Below are positions 58,178-64,000 of a stretch of DNA of 64,000 bases, in pieces. Position 1 is the first letter of the stretch; every line of letters begins with the position of its first letter. The stretch is from an uncultured Gammaproteobacteria bacterium. Its GTDB lineage: Bacteria; Pseudomonadota; Gammaproteobacteria; Eutrophobiales; Eutrophobiaceae. The stretch is taken from NCBI GenBank assembly GCA_943788815.1, contig CALSRS010000002.1, forward strand, positions 573,766 through 637,765, given 5' to 3'. The notes beneath the pieces are model-generated. The model was not told where the DNA came from and ran no database searches. It saw only the letters and a list, made by a program, of their open reading frames with translations. The position numbers and the translations under genes are program-made.

Positions 58178-58622
58178 GTGAAATTAATTGCACGAGTGAT
58201 TATGATTGTCTGGGATACTCGCAATAACTGCACGCAAACTGCACGTACTTGGCTGAGTAAACTAATAATCAGAAAGGACGTCTTCTAAGTGAATCGATTC
58301 TTCGGGAAATAAGCCCATCTCTAGTATCTGACGTCGTGCAGCTTGCATGTCATTTGTCTATCATTAACAGCATAAAAACTATAAGATATTGATATTTATA
58401 TTATTAATATTGTTTATTATAGTAAACATACCCGCTTATATACCCGCAATTCGTATAGTCTGAGTAAGCTTACCGCATCTATTTCTCGGAATAATCCAGC
58501 TACTCGAAAAGGCCGATAGAATAGCGTATTTATGAGATTATTTCTTGCGGTCTCACTAGGGTCTACCAAGCGAAGGGCAATTTATTACCGGTATATCCCA
58601 GTATACATTTAGCAATACCGTA

Positions 58623-59399
58623 TTAAATCGCCAAAATTCGCTTCAAGACTGCTGCCGCATCCAGTGCTTTTGGTATTCGAATAGACCGAAAATTTGAGTT
58701 CTTGTATCCGGCATTTTCCTTAATAGGCTCGAACAATCCCTCGTCGCCAAACATGTCTCGAGTGGCCCCACCGACAAGTATCAAATCAAAACGATGTCTA
58801 ACCGTAACTGCCTGCTCCCCGACATCTAGGGTATGCCCAAGGAGCACATTTGTCGTTGTGGCAGCGTAATCGATCCCCCCCCCATCAAGCTTGGCAATAA
58901 GGTCATCAGGGACGTCTTTTTTTTGATGCAAATCTATTGCGACGAATATATAAACATCTTTAACGGTTTCACCTGGCTTTACCGCATTTCCGTACGGCCC
59001 CAACACACTAAAACCGTTAAATACTGCATTTTGAAGTGAATGATAATTAAAGCTGGACCGCACCTCAATGGCGACATTGATTTCTTTTGTTTGGTCGCCT
59101 AGCCGCTTTTTCTTGCTGACAAGAATATCAATTTGTTCAAATTCTCCATCTTTATTGATTGTCGGAGGGAGTGTCTTAAGACTAAAGAGCGCATCGCAAA
59201 ATTCAACTGCTTTGTATTCAATCTTTCGACATACCCATGCCTCGGCAAGTATCCCCATCAGGCCTTTAGCCAGACGCTGGTGGGCGTCCCTTTCTACGCC
59301 GGCTGAATCTGCAGCATTTAAGCTTTGAGCTTTAAAGCGTTTTAGTGCCCACGCTACACTTGCATCAGCCTTTTCCCCCTGGATTAAATTCCTCAACAA
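58623..59399 (-). CDS. hypothetical protein (258 aa), co-oriented downstream of Type III res
   Basis: intact ORF with island-like GC; no recognisable motif; possible degenerate PD-(D/E)xK-like segment (QIDILVSKKK...INVAIEVR) is speculative. Confidence 0.5.
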   Translation of the reverse strand: MLRNLIQGEKADASVAWALKRFKAQSLNAADSAGVERDAHQRLAKGLMGILAEAWVCRKIEYKAVEFCDALFSLKTLPPTINKDGEFEQIDILVSKKKRLGDQTKEINVAIEVRSSFNYHSLQNAVFNGFSVLGPYGNAVKPGETVKDVYIFVAIDLHQKKDVPDDLIAKLDGGGIDYAATTTNVLLGHTLDVGEQAVTVRHRFDLILVGGATRDMFGDEGLFEPIKENAGYKNSNFRSIRIPKALDAAAVLKRILAI

Positions 59400-59625
59400 G
59401 GCATGAATGTTGATTCAGATAGCTGTTATGGAATGGAGGGCCATCGGGCGGATATGGGGTAAGGACTTTAAAATTACTCTCATCAGCCATATCATGATAC
59501 CCCGCCGCCAACTTTTCCAGTTTCGACGTCGGACGTTCGCGAACTCAACATCAATTCGCCTCTTTGAATAACAATGCTCCCTCTCAGCCAGAACACCATC
59601 ACTTGCCGCCACTGCGTTTCGTGGC

Positions 59626-62600
59626 TCATGCTTTAGCTCCACTGGCTTTTGATAACACATCGTTAACTGACCGTGCCACGATGAATTGAGCCGCCGATTC
59701 ATGGGTCGCGATAGACTGAAAGTGCGCTTTACCACACGAGATTTTTCCACTTTCCTTGTCGCGTAGATCGTCTGTGAAAAGGCTGCTCTTTGTTTCCACA
59801 ACGAAGTACAATCGCTGTGCATCGTCTTGCTCCACCAACACCGCCCAATCGGGGTTGTAGCTGCCTAGTGGAGTAGGAACCTTGAACCACCCGGGAAGTT
59901 TTGCGTAGAGTTTAATAGCATCATTTTTCTCCAGCGCATCCGCAAAGTCGCGCTCGGTAGTGGAGTCGTACACCACATGCTCGTAGACAGACTTCTGAGT
60001 ATCCATCAGCATGTTCTTAAGGTAACCAGTTAATTCTTCCTGATCGAACAATTCCTGGGCATAGAAATGGTCATCACCCAGCTTTTGATACTTAATACCG
60101 TCGACTAAAGCGAGCCGCTTGCACCGGTTAATCGTCTCGGCAGAAAGCTCTATGAATTGCTGGGGATTGCGCTTGAAGTCATCAAGGCGCTCGCTATTGA
60201 TCAAGATAGTATTAATGGTACGACGCGTGAGTTGGGTGCGGTCCTGCAATTCAGTAAGTAAATCTGGCAACTCTATATTTGCTTCCTCTAAGACGACAGT
60301 CGCGGCGCCACCTTTTTCCGTTGCTTCAACGCCAGACTTTCCGATGGCGATATCTGCCTTGCGCCACTGCAGGCGAGCCTTTGCGATAGAGGGCGATTTC
60401 TGCAAAGCAGCAGTACAGTCCGTCACGAGCTTCGCGTTGTCAAATTGCACACGGTAGGTGGTCAAATATTTAATCCGATCCCACAACGCCTTAAACTCCG
60501 CACTGAGGTAAATAGCTTTGCGCACCGGGACTTGCTTACGCTCGTCAGCATTTTTAATTTCCAAGCGGCCAGATACTTTTCGTAGAACCTCAGCAATCTG
60601 AGTCCGTTGCGCCTCAAACTCGGTGGGCAACACGAGTAATCCATCCCTTAGCGCCATTTTTAAGGAGTCCTGCACCTTACCTTTGGCATCAATATGACCA
60701 GCAGCTCTGAGATGTTCCCATAGCAATTTAGACAGCTCGACGCCCAATGGAGTGGATTGCCCATCGGCGCCAGTGACCGCGATAGCCGCAAACTGATGGT
60801 GCTCCAAAATGCCAAAGCGAATCCCTGTGTCGGCCTCGATCTCCTTTTGTAAATTCTCGGCAAAGTCCTCATAGTTTTCAGTGGCAACTACGGTTAGTGT
60901 ATTGACCTCAAAACCACGAACCCGATCGCCATCTTGATTTACACAAAGACGCAGTCCGCGACCGATAGTTTGTCGGCGCTCGCGCTCCGTCTGAATATCC
61001 CGCAATGTGCAGATTTGGAACACGTTCGGGTTGTCCCAGCCTTCCTTCAGGGCAGAGTGAGAGAATATGAACTTAAGCGGTGTGTCGAAAGAAAGAAGCT
61101 TTTCTTTCTCTTTCATGATCAGGTTGTAAGCTCTTTCCGCATTCTCTCTGCTTCCTGCGTTATTTTCACTTGTGTCAGTCCATCCCCCCCTTTTGTCAAT
61201 AGAGAAGTACCCGTTATGCACTTCCTCCGCCGCAGTTGCGAGGTCGATTTCAGAGAACAAACTCTGATAAGCGGGAAGTTTGGCCGCGCGCTTATATTCC
61301 TCTTCGAATATACGGGCGTATGCGCCTTTTACAGGATTGCCTTCTTCATCGTACTTGCGGTACTTGTCGACAGCATCGATGAATAGTAGCGAAAGAACTT
61401 TTATACCTAGTGGACGTAAGCGCTTTTCTTTATCCAAATGCTCTTTAATTGTCCTTCTGATCATTTCCCTCTGCACCGCCAGGGCATCGATGTCGCCGTG
61501 CGCTTGTCCAATTCCCAAGTAGGCCTCACCTCCCGGATAGCGAAGCTCGAGAAACTCCTCACTTTTGGCGGTGCTGATTTCCCCGACGCGGAAATCTGCG
61601 TAAATCGCTCTACGTGTAATCTGTTCCAAATCGTCACCATCGCATACGCTCACTTCCTGCCGTTTGACGCCACCAGCCGTCACAACGTCAAGTTCAATCT
61701 TTGCGGTTACCGTTCCTCGTTTATTACTGACAGATACCAATCGAACAAACGCTCTATTGTGTGCGTCTTCGATCGTGGCGGACGCAACTTCAATCTGCTT
61801 TACCAACTTGCGTTCGTAAGCATCGACGGCGTCAAGTCGAAAAACCATATGATGTTTGTTCACGTGCGTTGCTGAGTAGCGAAGAGTGCATAGAGGGCTC
61901 ATCGCATCCAGTGCTGTCTTACCTGCCCCAGAAAGGCCACCATCTACGCTCTGAGGTTCATCAACTATCAGTATGGGCCGTGTGGCTTTGATGAGATCAA
62001 TTGGCTTTTCGCCGCCAGTCTTTTCACTGTCTTTATAAAGATTATTGACGTCTTTCTTGTTAATGGCCCCAACAGTGACAACCATTATTTGAATGTTCGA
62101 ACTCGTGGCGAAGTTCCGAACCTGGCCAAGCTTGTTAGAGTCGTACAAGAAATAGTCAAACGGTACGCCGGCGTACAGCACTTTAAAGTGCTCCTCGGTA
62201 ATCTGTAATGTCTTATAGACGCCTTCTTTAATTGCTACCGAGGGCACAACAATGACAAACTTTGTAAATCCGTATCGCTTGTTCAGCTCGAAGATGCTGC
62301 GCAAATAGACATAAGTCTTGCCAGTGCCAGTTTCCATCTCGACCGTGAAATCGCCGGAGGCCAATGCGCTGGATGGCGGCAAGCCACCTCGCAACTGGAT
62401 CTCCGCCAGATTTTTGTGCAACTGCTCGTCCAATAGAGTTAGGCGGTTACCGACGCCCAGATCTGACTCCGCCACACCCAGGGTCAGCTGCTCCGGCACA
62501 GTCCCGGGAAACATGTCATTGTCCACAGCAGGTGGCACCCTCATCGTCACCGTGAACTCAGTCCGACAGACCTCCTGGCCCCGGAACAGGTCGCAGACAG

Positions 62601-62652
62601 CTTCAATAGCCTGCAATTGATAGTCGAGGTTTGGCTCAAAATGAAGTTTCAT
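59626..62652 (-). CDS. res: Type III restriction enzyme Res subunit (SF2 helicase/ATPase with C-terminal PD-(D/E)xK endonuclease)
   Basis: 1008 aa; helicase motifs (TGTGKT, DEPQ); C-terminal nuclease-like NPDWAVLV...VVETK; immediately downstream of mod. Confidence 0.8.
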   Translation of the reverse strand: MKLHFEPNLDYQLQAIEAVCDLFRGQEVCRTEFTVTMRVPPAVDNDMFPGTVPEQLTLGVAESDLGVGNRLTLLDEQLHKNLAEIQLRGGLPPSSALASGDFTVEMETGTGKTYVYLRSIFELNKRYGFTKFVIVVPSVAIKEGVYKTLQITEEHFKVLYAGVPFDYFLYDSNKLGQVRNFATSSNIQIMVVTVGAINKKDVNNLYKDSEKTGGEKPIDLIKATRPILIVDEPQSVDGGLSGAGKTALDAMSPLCTLRYSATHVNKHHMVFRLDAVDAYERKLVKQIEVASATIEDAHNRAFVRLVSVSNKRGTVTAKIELDVVTAGGVKRQEVSVCDGDDLEQITRRAIYADFRVGEISTAKSEEFLELRYPGGEAYLGIGQAHGDIDALAVQREMIRRTIKEHLDKEKRLRPLGIKVLSLLFIDAVDKYRKYDEEGNPVKGAYARIFEEEYKRAAKLPAYQSLFSEIDLATAAEEVHNGYFSIDKRGGWTDTSENNAGSRENAERAYNLIMKEKEKLLSFDTPLKFIFSHSALKEGWDNPNVFQICTLRDIQTERERRQTIGRGLRLCVNQDGDRVRGFEVNTLTVVATENYEDFAENLQKEIEADTGIRFGILEHHQFAAIAVTGADGQSTPLGVELSKLLWEHLRAAGHIDAKGKVQDSLKMALRDGLLVLPTEFEAQRTQIAEVLRKVSGRLEIKNADERKQVPVRKAIYLSAEFKALWDRIKYLTTYRVQFDNAKLVTDCTAALQKSPSIAKARLQWRKADIAIGKSGVEATEKGGAATVVLEEANIELPDLLTELQDRTQLTRRTINTILINSERLDDFKRNPQQFIELSAETINRCKRLALVDGIKYQKLGDDHFYAQELFDQEELTGYLKNMLMDTQKSVYEHVVYDSTTERDFADALEKNDAIKLYAKLPGWFKVPTPLGSYNPDWAVLVEQDDAQRLYFVVETKSSLFTDDLRDKESGKISCGKAHFQSIATHESAAQFIVARSVNDVLSKASGAKA

Positions 62653-62662
62653 AGCCCCACTC

Positions 62663-64000
62663 TCACAAACTACGCACTTTCTGAATGCCGGACTGCTCTA
62701 GTATCGCGGCGAGGTTGGATTTGGCGACATCATCCACGAAAGCGCTATCGCGAAATACGCAGTTCGTATCACCGGCGGGGGCGAGTTCTTTGTGCCAGGC
62801 CACAATGCCTTGCGCGAGGGGCTCCACATCTGCGCGGCTGATCTTAGGATCAAGACACGTCATAAGCACACCACCACCAACCGAACAAACCTCTTTCCCG
62901 CTTATCGTACGTTTATCGATGGGCACGCACAGATCCAAACCAAGCTTAAGCAACACCTCGTAGAGGATATCAACCTCACTTCGATCCCCTTTCAAATGTT
63001 CGATTGATAACTGGAGCGAGCCCTTCAAATCCTCGGGAATTGGCTCCCACTCAATAATGTTAGTCGAGTCGAGTTTGAAAACGCGAAATCCTACGTCACC
63101 TGAATATTTCGGCTTGTCCGCCTTAATTTTTTTAGCGACCCTACGCAAGCGCTCCTTAGTGATTTCCGCAATATTTTTGGGCTTATGCAGTTTTTCGCAA
63201 TATTTTGCAGCGACTTGTTGCTCTTTTGCAGCGGAATCTAAAGGCTCCGGTAGCTGAACGAGAACAAATCTTCGTGAGCCATCATCAGAAAGATTCTGCT
63301 CGATAACTGCTTGAGCAGTACTCCCCGAACCCGCAAAGAAATCCAATACAATTGAATCATTATCTGTTCCAAATGAAAGGAAGTGTCGTATAAGACCGAC
63401 AGGTTTGGGATTGTTAAATACGTTATCCGTTCCGAGAAGACTGGCGAGCTGTCGTTTCCCTTCGGAGTTCCTTTCAACATCCAAGAGTAGAGAGCGTGGT
63501 ACTTTAGTCTTCTCTTCCTGTTCGCCATCATCGTCGCCAGAGTATAAGTAAATCTTGTACTCCACTTGCCACTTCCCATTTCGATCCTTTCGGATCTGGA
63601 CCTTATTTTCAGCGAGAGCCTCCAGAAATCGAGATTGCTCCCACTTCCAAGTGTCATTTAGTAATGTTCCGTCCGGCGCTTTGATGCCGTACGTTAAGGT
63701 TGGGCGTGGGTCATCGGGGCGCATTCGACTAAATGATTTAGTCTTGTGGGGCCCGAGGATTTCATGATGGTCGTCTTTATATACATAGTCTTTTTTATCC
63801 TCCTCGCTAAGGGGCATTCTTAGCCGCGCAATTGAGTCTTTACTCTTGGCATAGACAATCACGTATTCGTGATCGGTGGCAAAATATTTTGAGTCATTTC
63901 CACCACCGGCATGGCGTTTCCATACCAACTCCTGAACGCAATTCTCTTCACCAAATATCTCATCGCACAGCTTTCGCAAATTCGCGAACTCACCATCATC
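62663..64000 (-). CDS. mod: Type III restriction-modification Mod subunit (N6-adenine methyltransferase), 5' end beyond window
   Basis: SAM-binding motif I VLDFFAGSGSTAQAV late in the protein and DEIFGEENCVQELVWKRH region typical of beta-class Type III Mod; N-terminal DPPY part not in window. Confidence 0.8.
   Translation of the reverse strand, partial: DDGEFANLRKLCDEIFGEENCVQELVWKRHAGGGNDSKYFATDHEYVIVYAKSKDSIARLRMPLSEEDKKDYVYKDDHHEILGPHKTKSFSRMRPDDPRPTLTYGIKAPDGTLLNDTWKWEQSRFLEALAENKVQIRKDRNGKWQVEYKIYLYSGDDDGEQEEKTKVPRSLLLDVERNSEGKRQLASLLGTDNVFNNPKPVGLIRHFLSFGTDNDSIVLDFFAGSGSTAQAVIEQNLSDDGSRRFVLVQLPEPLDSAAKEQQVAAKYCEKLHKPKNIAEITKERLRRVAKKIKADKPKYSGDVGFRVFKLDSTNIIEWEPIPEDLKGSLQLSIEHLKGDRSEVDILYEVLLKLGLDLCVPIDKRTISGKEVCSVGGGVLMTCLDPKISRADVEPLAQGIVAWHKELAPAGDTNCVFRDSAFVDDVAKSNLAAILEQSGIQKVRSL

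Larger units (their letters stand above)
58091..64000. mobile_element. putative genomic island inserted at the 3' end of ssrA (AT-rich junction then ~50% GC cargo; extends beyond window)
   Basis: abrupt rise in GC starting about 58620 versus ~38% elsewhere; tmRNA 3' end is a classical integration site; cargo is a Type III R-M system plus an unknown gene; no integrase or distal attachment repeat visible within the window. Confidence 0.55.

Noticed and set aside
59415-59822. 135-aa minus-strand ORF
   Set aside because: Most of it overlaps the 3' end of res in another frame; the part lying in the 225-bp res/258-aa-gene spacer has no start codon or RBS; more likely promoter/spacer DNA or a decayed remnant

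Overview
A 64-kb chromosomal segment from a low-GC (~38-40%) gammaproteobacterium, almost entirely core housekeeping genes. Gene order (asd-fimV-truA-trpF-accD-folC-dedD-cvpA-purF; hrcA-grpE-dnaK-dnaJ; nadK-recN; fur/bamE; ratA-rnfH/smpB-ssrA) resembles the Pseudomonas/Legionella group of gammaproteobacteria. Content, in order: sucA-sucB-lpdA (2-oxoglutarate dehydrogenase); a PHA cluster, phaA-(catalytically dead phaB paralog)-phaR-phaB; the purF-cvpA-dedD-folC-accD-trpF-truA-fimV-asd block; dapD and an aldehyde dehydrogenase; DUF1015-serA; glmM-ftsH-rlmE; greA-carB-carA; an accessory stretch of about 6.4 kb between carA and dapB (small Rieske protein, Hanks-type Ser/Thr kinase fused to Sel1 repeats, XdhC-MocA fusion, patatin-like phospholipase, membrane protein, CBS protein); hrcA-grpE-dnaK-dnaJ; nadK-recN; fur; bamE; a BtuF/BtuCD-like ABC importer; rnfH-ratA; an NSS-family sodium symporter; smpB. 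The tmRNA gene (ssrA, tag ANDDNYALAA) follows smpB. Immediately after the tmRNA 3' end the composition changes: an AT-rich 530-bp non-coding stretch, then a clearly higher-GC (~50%) block running off the window end that carries a Type III restriction-modification mod-res pair and a co-oriented uncharacterised 258-aa gene. This is the signature of a horizontally acquired island inserted at ssrA; no integrase is visible in the window. The best candidates for something undescribed are the unknown gene riding with the Type III R-M system in that island, and the eukaryotic-like kinase, patatin and XdhC-MocA insertion between carA and dapB. Other points of interest: a candidate structured small RNA in the 670-bp asd-dapD spacer, a perfect 14-bp hairpin in the carA leader region, a pseudo-enzyme PhaB paralog, and a stand-alone paralog of the FimV N-terminal domain.
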